From: Lingula anatina
Taxonomy: Eukaryota; Animalia; Brachiopoda
Length of the DNA: 64,000 bases
Direction: 5' to 3'
Assembly: GCA_051362555.1 (NCBI GenBank)
Contig: CM120646.1
Coordinates: 10,788,001 to 10,852,000, forward strand
Made by a program: the position numbers and the translations under genes. How positions within the stretch are numbered: the first letter of the stretch is position 1; every line of letters begins with the position of its first letter. This document shows positions 1 through 15,000 of the stretch, one piece after another. Below the pieces are notes generated by a model. That model did no database searches and was not told where the DNA came from. It saw nothing but the letters and a program-made list of their open reading frames with translations.

Positions 1-3000
1 GTACACAAACAAACTCAAATCACCAAATTTGCTGTTTTCTTTATTGGTAAACAATACATTGCAATATTGAAATATTTTTTGGTTAATTCTCACTTTTTTG
101 ATTATCAATTTTCAATAAACTTGACATTAAAAAAAACACAGATAACTGATCAGCTTATTACTGATTTTTATTGCTGTTAAGCATCATTTGTGAAAATTTC
201 AGAAACGCTGGACAAGATTTGACAAAATTATTATTGTTTAACTATTTTAAGTCATGGTATTTGCCAGTCTTTTCAATGTAACTTTAAATTTTCCTAAATA
301 TATTGTCCAAAGAAAATACTTCTCATTAGACACAGTCAACTGATCAGCTTATCACAGATTTTTATTGTTGTTAAGCATGATTTGTACAAATATCAGAATT
401 ATTGGACAAGATTTGTCAAAATTATTAACATTTAACTATTTTAAGCCATGGAATTTGCCTGTCTTTTCGTTGTAATTTTGAGTTTTTCTAAATATATTTT
501 CCAAAGAAGACACTTTTTATTATACACAGTCAACTGATCAGCTTATCACAGATTTTTATTGTTGTTAAGCATTTTTTGTACCAATTTCAAAAATGTTGGA
601 CAAGATTTGACAAAATTATTAACGTTTAACTTTTTTAAGTTTTGGGATTTGCCAGTCTTTTCAATGTGATTTTCAGTTTTCCCAAATATATTGTCCAAAG
701 AAAATACTTTTCATTAGACACAGTCAACTGATCAGCTTATCACAGATTTTTATTGTTGTTAAGCGTTTTTTGTACCAATTTCAAAAATGTTGGACAAGAT
801 TTGACAAAATTATTAACGTTTAACTATTTTAAGTCTAGGGATTTGCCAGTCTTTTTAATGTCATTTTCAGTTTTTTTCAAATATATTTTCCAAAGAAGAC
901 ACTTTTTTTTTGGCACAGTCAACTGATCAGCTTATCACAGATTTTTATTGTTGTTAAGCATCTTTTGTACCGATTTCAGAAATATTGGAGAAGATTTGAC
1001 AAAATTATTAACGTTTAACTATTTTGTCCTGGGATTTGCCTATCTTTTCGTTGTAATTTTGAGTTTTCCCAAATATATTGTCCAAAGAAAATACTTCTCA
1101 TTAGACACAGTCAACTGATCAGCTTATCACAGATTTTTATTGTTGTTAAGCATGATTTGTACGAATATCAGAATTATTGGACAAGATTTGTCAAAATTAT
1201 TAACATTTAACTATTTTAAGCCATGGAATTTGCCTGTCTTTTCGTTGTAATTTTGAGTTTTTCTAAATATATTTTCCAAAGAAGACACTTTTTATTATAC
1301 ACAGTCAACTGATCAGCTTATCACAGATTTTTATTGTTGTTAAGCATTTTTTGTACCAATTTCAAAAATGTTGGACAAGATTTGACAAAATTATTAACGT
1401 TTAACTTTTTTAAGTTTTGGGATTTGCCAGTCTTTTCAATGTGATTTTCAGTTTTCCCAAATATATTGTCCAAAGAAAATACTTTTCATTAGACACAGTC
1501 AACTGATCAGCTTATCACAGATTTTTATTGTTGTTAAGCATCTTTTGTACCAATTTCAAAAATGTTGGATAAGATTTGACAAAATTATTAATGTTTAACT
1601 ATTTTTAGTTTTGGGATTTTCCAGTCTTTTCAATGTGATTTTCATTCTTTTTTCAGTTATATTGTTCTTTTTCTAGACTACCCTTACCATGAAAAAGCAG
1701 ACAGTGAAAGATGAGATCAAGAGCAGCACCATGTCTTTTCCATGTGTACAATACATGATATGAAGCAAGATTTAGGGCATTGTCAAGTACTATTGTGCTA
1801 ACAGCAACCCATTCCAGAAACCCATTGTAAGGAGGAATCTGCATCTGGCATTGATAGTAAGGAGAAGTTTTGTATGGGTATATATTGTTTTCCAGATGAC
1901 AGTTCTAGGTAATTTGCAACCTCGTACACAAACAAACTCAAATCACCAAATTTGCTGTTTTCTTTATTGGTAAACAATACATTGCAATATTGAAATATTT
2001 TTTGGTTAATTCTCACTTTTTTGATTATCAATTTTCAATAAACTTGACATTAAAAAAAACACAGATAACTGATCAGCTTATTACTGATTTTTATTGCTGT
2101 TAAGCATCATTTGTGAAAATTTCAGAAACGCTGGACAAGATTTGACAAAATTATTATTGTTTAACTATTTTAAGTCATGGTATTTGCCAGTCTTTTCAAT
2201 GTAACTTTAAATTTTCCTAAATATATTGTCCAAAGAAAATACTTCTCATTAGACACAGTCAACTGATCAGCTTATCACAGATTTTTATTGTTGTTAAGCA
2301 TGATTTGTACAAATATCAGAATTATTGGACAAGATTTGTCAAAATTATTAACATTTAACTATTTTAAGCCATGGAATTTGCCTGTCTTTTCGTTGTAATT
2401 TTGAGTTTTTCTAAATATATTTTCCAAAGAAGACACTTTTTATTATACACAGTCAACTGATCAGCTTATCACAGATTTTTATTGTTGTTAAGCATTTTTT
2501 GTACCAATTTCAAAAATGTTGGACAAGATTTGACAAAATTATTAACGTTTAACTTTTTTAAGTTTTGGGATTTGCCAGTCTTTTCAATGTGATTTTCAGT
2601 TTTCCCAAATATATTGTCCAAAGAAAATACTTTTCATTAGACACAGTCAACTGATCAGCTTATCACAGATTTTTATTGTTGTTAAGCGTTTTTTGTACCA
2701 ATTTCAAAAATGTTGGACAAGATTTGACAAAATTATTAACGTTTAACTATTTTAAGTCTAGGGATTTGCCAGTCTTTTTAATGTCATTTTCAGTTTTTTT
2801 CAAATATATTTTCCAAAGAAGACACTTTTTTTTTGGCACAGTCAACTGATCAGCTTATCACAGATTTTTATTGTTGTTAAGCATCTTTTGTACCGATTTC
2901 AGAAATATTGGAGAAGATTTGACAAAATTATTAACGTTTAACTATTTTGTCCTGGGATTTGCCTATCTTTTCGTTGTAATTTTGAGTTTTCCCAAATATA

Positions 3001-6000
3001 TTGTCCAAAGAAAATACTTCTCATTAGACACAGTCAACTGATCAGCTTATCACAGATTTTTATTGTTGTTAAGCATGATTTGTACGAATATCAGAATTAT
3101 TGGACAAGATTTGTCAAAATTATTAACATTTAACTATTTTAAGCCATGGAATTTGCCTGTCTTTTCGTTGTAATTTTGAGTTTTTCTAAATATATTTTCC
3201 AAAGAAGACACTTTTTATTATACACAGTCAACTGATCAGCTTATCACAGATTTTTATTGTTGTTAAGCATTTTTTGTACCAATTTCAAAAATGTTGGACA
3301 AGATTTGACAAAATTATTAACGTTTAACTTTTTTAAGTTTTGGGATTTGCCAGTCTTTTCAATGTGATTTTCAGTTTTCCCAAATATATTGTCCAAAGAA
3401 AATACTTTTCATTAGACACAGTCAACTGATCAGCTTATCACAGATTTTTATTGTTGTTAAGCATCTTTTGTACCAATTTCAAAAATGTTGGATAAGATTT
3501 GACAAAATTATTAATGTTTAACTATTTTTAGTTTTGGGATTTTCCAGTCTTTTCAATGTGATTTTCATTCTTTTTTCAGTTATATTGTTCTTTTTCTAGA
3601 CTACCCTTACCATGAAAAAGCAGACAGTGAAAGATGAGATCAAGAGCAGCACCATGTCTTTTCCATGTGTACAATACGTGATATGAAGCAAGATTTAGGG
3701 CATTGTCAAGTACTATTGTGCTAACAGCAACCCATTCCAGAAACCCATTGTAAGGAGGAATCTGCATCTGGCATTGATAGTAAGGAGAAGTTTTGTATGG
3801 GTATATATTGTTTTCCAGATGACAGTTCTAGGTAATTTGCAACCTCGTACACAAACAAACTCAAATCACCAAATTTGCTGTTTTCTTTATTGGTAAACAA
3901 TACATTGCAATATTGAAATATTTTTTGGTTAATTCTCACTTTTTTGATTATCAATTTTCAATAAACTTGACATTAAAAAAAACACAGATAACTGATCAGC
4001 TTATTACTGATTTTTATTGCTGTTAAGCATCATTTGTGAAAATTTCAGAAACGCTGGACAAGATTTGACAAAATTATTATTGTTTAACTATTTTAAGTCA
4101 TGGTATTTGCCAGTCTTTTCAATGTAACTTTAAATTTTCCTAAATATATTGTCCAAAGAAAATACTTCTCATTAGACACAGTCAACTGATCAGCTTATCA
4201 CAGATTTTTATTGTTGTTAAGCATGATTTGTACAAATATCAGAATTATTGGACAAGATTTGTCAAAATTATTAACATTTAACTATTTTAAGCCATGGAAT
4301 TTGCCTGTCTTTTCGTTGTAATTTTGAGTTTTTCTAAATATATTTTCCAAAGAAGACACTTTTTATTATACACAGTCAACTGATCAGCTTATCACAGATT
4401 TTTATTGTTGTTAAGCATTTTTTGTACCAATTTCAAAAATGTTGGACAAGATTTGACAAAATTATTAACGTTTAACTTTTTTAAGTTTTGGGATTTGCCA
4501 GTCTTTTCAATGTGATTTTCAGTTTTCCCAAATATATTGTCCAAAGAAAATACTTTTCATTAGACACAGTCAACTGATCAGCTTATCACAGATTTTTATT
4601 ATTGTTAAGCGTTTTTTGTACCAATTTCAAAAATGTTGGACAAGATTTGACAAAATTATTAACGTTTAACTATTTTAAGTCTAGGGATTTGCCAGTCTTT
4701 TTAATGTGATTTTCATTCTTTTTTCAGTTATATTGTTCTTTTTCTAGACTACCCTTACCATGAAAAAGCAGACAGTGAAAGATGAGATCAAGAGCAGCAC
4801 CATGTCTTTTCCATGTGTACAATACATGATATGAAGCAAGATTTAGGGCATTGTCAAGTACTATTGTGCTAACAGCAACCCATTCCAGAAACCCATTGTA
4901 AGGAGGAATCTGCATCTGGCATTGATAGTAAGGAGAAGTTTTGTATGGGTATATATTGTTTTCCAGATGACAGTTCTAGGTAATTTGCAACCTCGTACAC
5001 AAACAAACTCAAATCACCAAATTTGCTGTTTTCTTTATTGGTAAACAATACATTGCAATATTGAAATATTTTTTGGTTAATTCTCACTTTTTTGATTATC
5101 AATTTTCAATAAACTTGACATTAAAAAAAACACAGATAACTGATCAGCTTATTACTGATTTTTATTGCTGTTAAGCATCATTTGTGAAAATTTCAGAAAC
5201 GCTGGACAAGATTTGACAAAATTATTATTGTTTAACTATTTTAAGTCATGGTATTTGCCAGTCTTTTCAATGTAACTTTAAATTTTCCTAAATATATTGT
5301 CCAAAGAAAATACTTCTCATTAGACACAGTCAACTGATCAGCTTATCACAGATTTTTATTGTTGTTAAGCATGATTTGTACAAATATCAGAATTATTGGA
5401 CAAGATTTGTCAAAATTATTAACATTTAACTATTTTAAGCCATGGAATTTGCCTGTCTTTTCGTTGTAATTTTGAGTTTTTCTAAATATATTTTCCAAAG
5501 AAGACACTTTTTATTATACACAGTCAACTGATCAGCTTATCACAGATTTTTATTGTTGTTAAGCATTTTTTGTACCAATTTCAAAAATGTTGGACAAGAT
5601 TTGACAAAATTATTAACGTTTAACTTTTTTAAGTTTTGGGATTTGCCAGTCTTTTCAATGTGATTTTCAGTTTTCCCAAATATATTGTCCAAAGAAAATA
5701 CTTTTCATTAGACACAGTCAACTGATCAGCTTATCACAGATTTTTATTGTTGTTAAGCATTTTTTGTACCAATTTCAAAAATGTTGGACAAGATTTGACA
5801 AAATTATTAACGTTTAACTATTTTAAGTCTAGGGATTTGCCAGTCTTTTTAATGTCATTTTCAGTTTTTTTCAAATATATTTTCCAAAGAAGACACTTTT
5901 TTTTTGGCACAGTCAACTGATCAGCTTATCACAGATTTTTATTATTGTTCAGCATCTTTTCTACCAATTTCAGAAATATTGGACAAGATTTGACAAATTT

Positions 6001-9000
6001 ATTAACATTTAACTATTTTAAGTCTAGGGATTTGCCAGTCTTTTTAATATAATTTTCAGTTTTCCCAAATATATTTTCCAAAGAAAATACTTCTCATTAG
6101 ACACAGTCAACTGATCAGCTTATCACAGATTTTTATTGTTGTTAAGCATTTTTTGTACCAATTTCAAAAATGTTGGACAAGATTTGACAAAATTATTAAC
6201 GTTTAACTTTTTTAAGTTTTGGGATTTGCCAGTCTTTTCAATGTGATTTTCAGTTTTCCCAAATATATTGTCCAAAGAAAATACTTTTCATTAGACACAG
6301 TCAACTGATCAACTTATCACAGATTTTTATTGTTGTTAAGCATCATTTGTACAAATTTCAGAAATATTGGACAAGATTTGACAAAAGTATTAACGTTTAA
6401 CTATTTTAAGTCTTGGGATTTGCCTGTCTTTTTGTTTTAATTTTGAGATTTTTCAAATATATTTTCCAAAGAAGACACTTTCTATTAGACACAGTCAACT
6501 GATCAGCTTATCACAGATTTTTATTGTTGTTAAGCATCTTTTGTACCAATTTCAGAAGTATTGGACAAGATTTGACAAAATTATTAACGTTTAACTTTTT
6601 TAAGTTTTGGGATTTGCCAGTCTTTTCAATGTGATTTTCATTCTTTTTTCAGTTATATTGTTCTTTTTCCAGAGTACCCTTATCATGAAAAAGCAGACAG
6701 TGAAAGACGGGATCAAGAGCAGCACCATGTCTTGTCCATGTGTACAATACATGATATGAAGCAAGATTTAGTGCATTGTCAAGTATTGTGGTAGCAGCAA
6801 CCCATTCCAGAAACCCATTGTAAGGAGGAATCTGCATCTGGCATTGATAGTAAGGAGAAGTCCTGTATGGGTATATATTGTTTTCCAGATGACAGTTCTA
6901 GGTAATTTGCAACCTCGTACACAAACAAACTCAAATCACCACATTTGCTGTTTTCTTTATTGGTAAACAATACATTGCAATATTGAAATATTTTTTGGTT
7001 AATTCTCACTCTTCTGATTATCAAATTTCAATAAATTTGACATTAAAAAAAACACAGATAACTGATCAGCTTATCACTGATTTTTATTGCTGTTAAGCAT
7101 CATTTGTGAAAATTTCAGAAATGCTGGACAAGATTTGACAAAATTATTAACGTTTAACTATTTTAAGTCATGGTACTTGTCAGACTTTTTAATGAAATTT
7201 TCAGTTTTTCTCAATATATTGTCCGAAGAAGAAACTTTCTATTAGACACAGTCAACTGATCAGCTTATCACAGATTTTTATTGTTGTTAAGCATCATTTG
7301 TACAAATTTCAGAAATATTGGACAAGATTTGACAAAATTATTAACGTTTAACTATTTTAAGTCTTGGGATTTGCCTGTCTTTTCGTTTTAATTTTGAGAT
7401 TTTTCAAATATATTTTCCAAAGAAGACACTTTCTATTAGACACAGTCAACTGATCAGCCTATCACAGATTTTTATTGTTATTAAGCATCTTTTGTACCAA
7501 TTTCAGAAGTATTGGACAAGATTTGACAAAATTATTAACGTTTAACTATTTTAAGTCTAGGGATTTGCCAGTCTTTTTAATGTAATTTTCAGTTATCCCA
7601 AATATATTGTCCAAAGAAAATACTTTTCATTAGACACAGTCAACTGATCAGCTCATCACAGATTTTTATTGTTGTTAAGCATGTTAATTTGAATTGTACG
7701 AATATCAGAATTACTGGACAAGATTTGACAAAATTATTAACGTTTAACTATTTTAAGTCTAGGGATTTGACAGTCTTTTTAATGTCATTTTCAGTTTTCC
7801 CAAATATATTGTCCAAAGAAAATACTTTTCATTAGACACAGTCAACTGATCAACTTATCACAGATTTTTATTGTTGTTAAGCATCTTTTGTACCAATTTC
7901 AAAAATGTTGGAAAAAGATTTGACAAAATTATTAACGTTTAACTTTTTTAAGTTTTGGGATTTTCCAGTCTTTTCAATGTGATTTTCATTCTTTTTTCAG
8001 TTATATTGTTCTTTTTCAGAGTTCCCTTACCATGAAAAAACAGACAGTGAAAGAAGGGATCAAGAGCAGCACCATGTCTTGTCCATGTGTACAATACATG
8101 ATATGAAGCAAGATTTAGGGCATTGTCAAGTACTATTGTGCTAACAGCAACCCATTCCAGAAACCCATTGTAAGGAGGAATCTGCATCTGGCATTGATAG
8201 TAAGGAGAAGTCTTGTATGGGTATATATTGTTTTCCAGATGACAGTTCTAGGTAATTTGCAACCTCGTACACAAACAAACTCAAATCACCAAATTTGCTG
8301 TTTTCTTTATTGGTAAACAATACATTGCAATATTGAAATATTTTTTGGTTAATTCTCACTTTTCTAATTATCAATTTTCAATAAACTTGACATTAAAAAA
8401 AACACAGATAACTGATCAGCTTATTACTGATTTTTATTGCTGTTAAGCATCATTTGTGAAAATTTCAGAAACGCTGGACAAGATTTGACAAAATTATTAA
8501 CGTTTAACTATTTTAAGCCATGGAATTTACCTGTCTTTTTGTTGTTATTTTGAGTTTTCCTAAATATATTTTCCAAAGAAGACACTTTCTATTAGACACA
8601 GTCAACTGATCAGCTTATCACAGATTTTTATTGTTGTTAAGCATCTTTTATACCAATTTCAGAAATATTGGACAAGATTTGACAAAATTATTAACGTTTA
8701 ACTATTTTAAGTCTAGGGATTTGACAGTCTTTTTAATGTCATTTTTAGTTTTCCCAAATATATTGTCCAAAGAAAATACTTTTCATTAGACACAGTCAAC
8801 TGATCAACTTATCACAGATTTTTGTTGTTGTTAAGCATCTTTTGTACAAATTTCAGAAATATTGGACAAGATTTGACAAAATTATTAACGTTTAACTATT
8901 TTGTCCTGGGATTTGCCAGTCTTTTCAATGTAACTTTAAATTTTCCTAAATATATTGTCCAAAGAAAATACTTCTCATTAGACACAGTCAACTGATCAGC

Positions 9001-12000
9001 TTATCACAGATTTTTATTGTTGTTAAGCATGATTTGTACGAATATCAGAATTATTGGACAAGATTTGACAAAATTATTAACATTTAACTATTTTAAGCCA
9101 TGGAATTTGCCACTCTTTTCAATGTAACTTTAAATTTTCCTAAATATATTGTCCAAAGAAAATACTTCTCATTAGACACAGTCAACTGATCAGCTTATCA
9201 CAGATTTTTATTGTTGTTAAGCATGATTTGTACGAATATCAGAATTATTGGACAAGATTTGTCAAAATTATTAACATTTAACTATTTTAAGCCATGGAAT
9301 TTGCCTGTCTTTTCGTTGTAATTTTGAGTTCTAAATATATTTTCCAAAGAAGACACTTTCTATTAGACACAGTCAACTGATCAGCTTATCACAGATTTTT
9401 ATTGTTGTTAAGCATTTTTTGTACCAATTTCAAAAATGTTGGACAAGATTTGACAAAATTATTAACGTTTAACTATTTTGTCCTGGGATTTGCCAGTCTT
9501 TTCAATGTAACTTTAAATTTTCCTAAATATATTGTCCAAAGAAAATACTTCTCATTAGACACAGTCAACTGATCAGCTTATCACAGATTTTTATTGTTGT
9601 TAAGCATGATTTGTACGAATATCAGAATTATTGGACAAGATTTGTCAAAATTATTAACATTTAACTATTTTAAGCCATGGAATTTGCCAGTCTTTTCAAT
9701 GTAACTTTAAATTTTCCTAAATATATTGTCCAAAGAAAATACTTCTCATTAGACACAGTCAACTGATCAGCTTATCACAGATTTTTATTGTTGTTAAGCA
9801 TGATTTGTACGAATATCAGAATTATTGGACAAGATTTGTCAAAATTATTAACATTTAACTATTTTAAGCCATGGAATTTGCCTGTCTTTTCGTTGTAATT
9901 TTGAGTTTTTCTAAATATATTTTCCAAAGAAGACACTTTTTATTATACACAGTCAACTGATCAGCTTATCACAGATTTTTATTGTTGTTAAGCATTTTTT
10001 GTACCAATTTCAAAAATGTTGGACAAGATTTGACAAAATTATTAACGTTTAACTTTTTTAAGTTTTGGGATTTGCCAGTCTTTTCAATGTGATTTTCAGT
10101 TTTCCCAAATATATTGTCCAAAGAAAATACTTTTCATTAGACACAGTCAACTGATCAGCTTATCACAGATTTTTATTGTTGTTAAGCATCTTTTGTACCA
10201 ATTTCAAAAATGTTGGATAAGATTTGACAAAATTATTAATGTTTAACTATTTTTAGTTTTGGGATTTTCCAGTCTTTTCAATGTGATTTTCATTCTTTTT
10301 TCAGTTATGTTGTTCTGTTTCTAGACTACCCTTACCATGAAAAAGCAGACAGTGAAAGATGAGATCAAGAGCAGCACCATGTCTTTTCCATGTGTACAAT
10401 ACATGATATGAAGCAAGATTTAGGGCATTGTCAAGTACTATTGTGCTAACAGCAACCCATTCCAGAAACCCATTGTAAGGAGGAATCTGCATCTGGCATT
10501 GATAGTAAGGAGAAGTTTTGTATGGGTATATATTGTTTTCCAGATGACAGTTCTAGGTAATTTGCAACCTCGTACACAAACAAACTCAAATCACCAAATT
10601 TGCTGTTTTCTTTATTGGTAAACAATACATTGCAATATTGAAATATTTTTTGGTTAATTCTCACTTTTTTGATTATCAATTTTCAATAAACTTGACATTA
10701 AAAAAAACACAGATAACTGATCAGCTTATTACTGATTTTTATTGCTGTTAAGCATCATTTGTGAAAATTTCAGAAACGCTGGACAAGATTTGACAAAATT
10801 ATTATCGTTTAACTATTTTAAGTCATGGTATTTGCCAGTCTTTTCAATGTAACTTTAAATTTTCCTAAATATATTGTCCAAAGAAAATACTTCTCATTAG
10901 ACACAGTCAACTGATCAGCTTATCACAGATTTTTATTGTTGTTAAGCATGATTTGTACAAATATCAGAATTATTGGACAAGATTTGTCAAAATTATTAAC
11001 ATTTAACTATTTTAAGCCATGGAATTTGCCTGTCTTTTCGTTGTAATTTTGAGTTTTTCTAAATATATTTTCCAAAGAAGACACTTTTTATTATACACAG
11101 TCAACTGATCAGCTTATCACAGATTTTTATTGTTGTTAAGCATTTTTTGTACCAATTTCAAAAATGTTGGACAAGATTTGACAAAATTATTAACGTTTAA
11201 CTTTTTTAAGTTTTGGGATTTGCCAGTCTTTTCAATGTGATTTTCAGTTTTCCCAAATATATTGTCCAAAGAAAATACTTTTCATTAGACACAGTCAACT
11301 GATCAGCTTATCACAGATTTTTATTGTTGTTAAGCATTTTTTGTACCAATTTCAAAAATGTTGGACAAGATTTGACAAAATTATTAACGTTTAACTATTT
11401 TAAGTCTAGGGATTTGCCAGTCTTTTTAATGTCATTTTCAGTTTTTTTCAAATATATTTTCCAAAGAAGACACTTTTTTTTTGGCACAGTCAACTGATCA
11501 GCTTATCACAGATTTTTATTATTGTTCAGCATTTTTTGTACCAATTTCAAAAATGTTGGACAAGATTTGACAAAATTATTAACGTTTAACTATTTTGTCC
11601 TGGGATTTGCCAGTCTTTTCAATGTAACTTTAAATTTTCCTAAATATATTGTCCAAAGAAAATACTTCTCATTAGACACAGTCAACTGATCAGCTTATCA
11701 CAGATTTTTATTGTTGTTAAGCATGATTTGTACGAATATCAGAATTATTGGACAAGATTTGTCAAAATTATTAACATTTAACTATTTTAAGCCATGGAAT
11801 TTGCCAGTCTTTTCAATGTAACTTTAAATTTTCCTAAATATATTGTCCAAAGAAAATACTTCTCATTAGACACAGTCAACTGATCAGCTTATCACAGATT
11901 TTTATTGTTGTTAAGCATGATTTGTACGAATATCAGAATTATTGGACAAGATTTGTCAAAATTATTAACATTTAACTATTTTAAGCCATGGAATTTGCCT

Positions 12001-15000
12001 GTCTTTTCGTTGTAATTTTGAGTTTTTCTAAATATATTTTCCAAAGAAGACACTTTTTATTATACACAGTCAACTGATCAGCTTATCACAGATTTTTATT
12101 GTTGTTAAGCATTTTTTGTACCAATTTAAAAAATGTTGGACAAGATTTGACAAAATTATTAACGTTTAACTTTTTTAAGTTTTGGGATTTGCCAGTCTTT
12201 TCAATGTGATTTTCATTCTTTTTTCAGTTATATTGTTCTTTTTCCAGAGTACCCTTATCATGAAAAAGCAGACAGTGAAAGACGGGATCAAGAGCAGCAC
12301 CATGTCTTGTCCATGTGTACAATACATGATATGAAGCAAGATTTAGTGCATTGTCAAGTATTGTGGTAGCAGCAACCCATTCCAGAAACCCATTGTAAGG
12401 AGGAATCTGCATCTGGCATTGATAGTAAGGAGAAGTCCTGTATGGGTATATATTGTTTTCCAGATGACAGTTCTAGGTAATTTGCAACCTCGTACACAAA
12501 CAAACTCAAATCACCACATTTGCTGTTTTCTTTATTGGTAAACAATACATTGCAATATTGAAATATTTTTTGGTTAATTCTCACTCTTCTGATTATCAAA
12601 TTTCAATAAATTTGACATTAAAAAAAACACAGATAACTGATCAGCTTATCACTGATTTTTATTGCTGTTAAGCATCATTTGTGAAAATTTCAGAAATGCT
12701 GGACAAGATTTGACAAAATTATTAACGTTTAACTATTTTAAGTCATGGTACTTGTCAGACTTTTTAATGTAATTTTCAGTTTTTCTCAATATATTGTCCG
12801 AAGAAGAAACTTTCTATTAGACACAGTCAACTGATCAGCTTATCACAGATTTTTATTGTTGTTAAGCATCATTTGTACAAATTTCAGAAATATTGGACAA
12901 GATTTGACAAAATTATTAACGTTTAACTATTTTAAGTCTTGGGATTTGCCTGTCTTTTCGTTTTAATTTTGAGATTTTTCAAATATATTTTCCAAAGAAG
13001 ACACTTTCTATTAGACACAGTCAACTGATCAGCTTATCACAGATTTTTATTGTTATTAAGCATCTTTTGTACCAATTTCAGAAGTATTGGACAAGATTTG
13101 ACAAAATTATTAACGTTTAACTATTTTAAGTCTAGGGATTTGCCAGTCTTTTTAATGTAATTTTCAGTTATCCCAAATATATTGTCCAAAGAAAATACTT
13201 TTCATTAGACACAGTCAACTGATCAGCTCATCACAGATTTTTATTGTTGTTAAGCATGTTAATTTGAATTGTACGAATATCAGAATTACTGGACAAGATT
13301 TGACAAAATTATTAACATTTAACTATTTTAAGCCATGGAATTTGCCTGTCTTTTTGTTGTTATTTTGAGTTTTCCTAAATATATTTTCCAAAGAAGACAC
13401 TTTCTATTAGACACAGTCAACTGATCAGCTTATCACAGATTTTTATTGTTGTTAAGCATCTTTTATACCAATTTCAGAAATATTGGACAAGATTTGACAA
13501 AATTATTAACGTTTAACTATTTTAAGTCTAGGGATTTGACAGTCTTTTTAATGTCATTTTCAGTTTTCCCAAATATATTGTCCAAAGAAAATACTTTTCA
13601 TTAGACACAGTCAACTGATCAACTTATCACAGATTTTTGTTGTTGTTAAGCATCTTTTGTACAAATTTCAGAAATATTGGACAAGATTTGACAAAATTAT
13701 TAACGTTTAACTATTTTGTCCTGGGATTTGCCAGTCTTTTCAATGTAACTTTAAATTTTCCTAAATATATTGTCCAAAGAAAATACTTCTCATTAGACAC
13801 AGTCAACTGATCAGCTTATCACAGATTTTTATTGTTGTTAAGCATGATTTGTACGAATATCAGAATTATTGGACAAGATTTGTCAAAATTATTAACATTT
13901 AACTATTTTAAGCCATGGAATTTGCCTGTCTTTTCGTTGTAATTTTGAGTTTTTCTAAATATATTTTCCAAAGAAGACACTTTTTATTATACACAGTCAA
14001 CTGATCAGCTTATCACAGATTTTTATTGTTGTTAAGCATTTTTTGTACCAATTTAAAAAATGTTGGACAAGATTTGACAAAATTATTAACGTTTAACTTT
14101 TTTAAGTTTTGGGATTTGCCAGTCTTTTCAATGTGATTTTCATTCTTTTTTCAGTTATATTGTTCTTTTTCCAGAGTACCCTTATCATGAAAAAGCAGAC
14201 AGTGAAAGACGGGATCAAGAGCAGCACCATGTCTTGTCCATGTGTACAATACATGATATGAAGCAAGATTTAGTGCATTGTCAAGTATTGTGGTAGCAGC
14301 AACCCATTCCAGAAACCCATTGTAAGGAGGAATCTGCATCTGGCATTGATAGTAAGGAGAAGTCCTGTATGGGTATATATTGTTTTCCAGATGACAGTTC
14401 TAGGTAATTTGCAACCTCGTACACAAACAAACTCAAATCACCACATTTGCTGTTTTCTTTATTGGTAAACAATACATTGCAATATTGAAATATTTTTTGG
14501 TTAATTCTCACTCTTCTGATTATCAAATTTCAATAAACTTGACATTAAAAAAAACACAGATAACTGATCAGCTTATCACTGATTTTTGCTGCTGTTAAGC
14601 ATCATTTGTGAAAATTTCAGAAATGCTGGACAAGATTTGACAAAATTATTAACGTTTAACTATTTTAAGTCATGGTAGTTGTCAGACTTTTTAATGTAAT
14701 TTTCAGTTTTTCTCAATATATTGTCCGAAGAAGAAACTTTCTATTAGACACAGTCAACTGATCAGCTTATCACAGATTTTTATTGTTGTTAAGCATCATT
14801 TGTACAAATTTCAGAAATATTGGACAAGATTTGACAAAATTATTAACGTTTAACTATTTTAAGTCTTGGGATTTGCCTGTCTTTTCGTTTTAATTTTGAG
14901 ATTTTTCAAATATATTTTCCAAAGAAGACACTTTCTATTAGACACAGTCAACTGATCAGCTTATCACAGATTTTTATTGTTATTAAGCATCTTTTGTACC

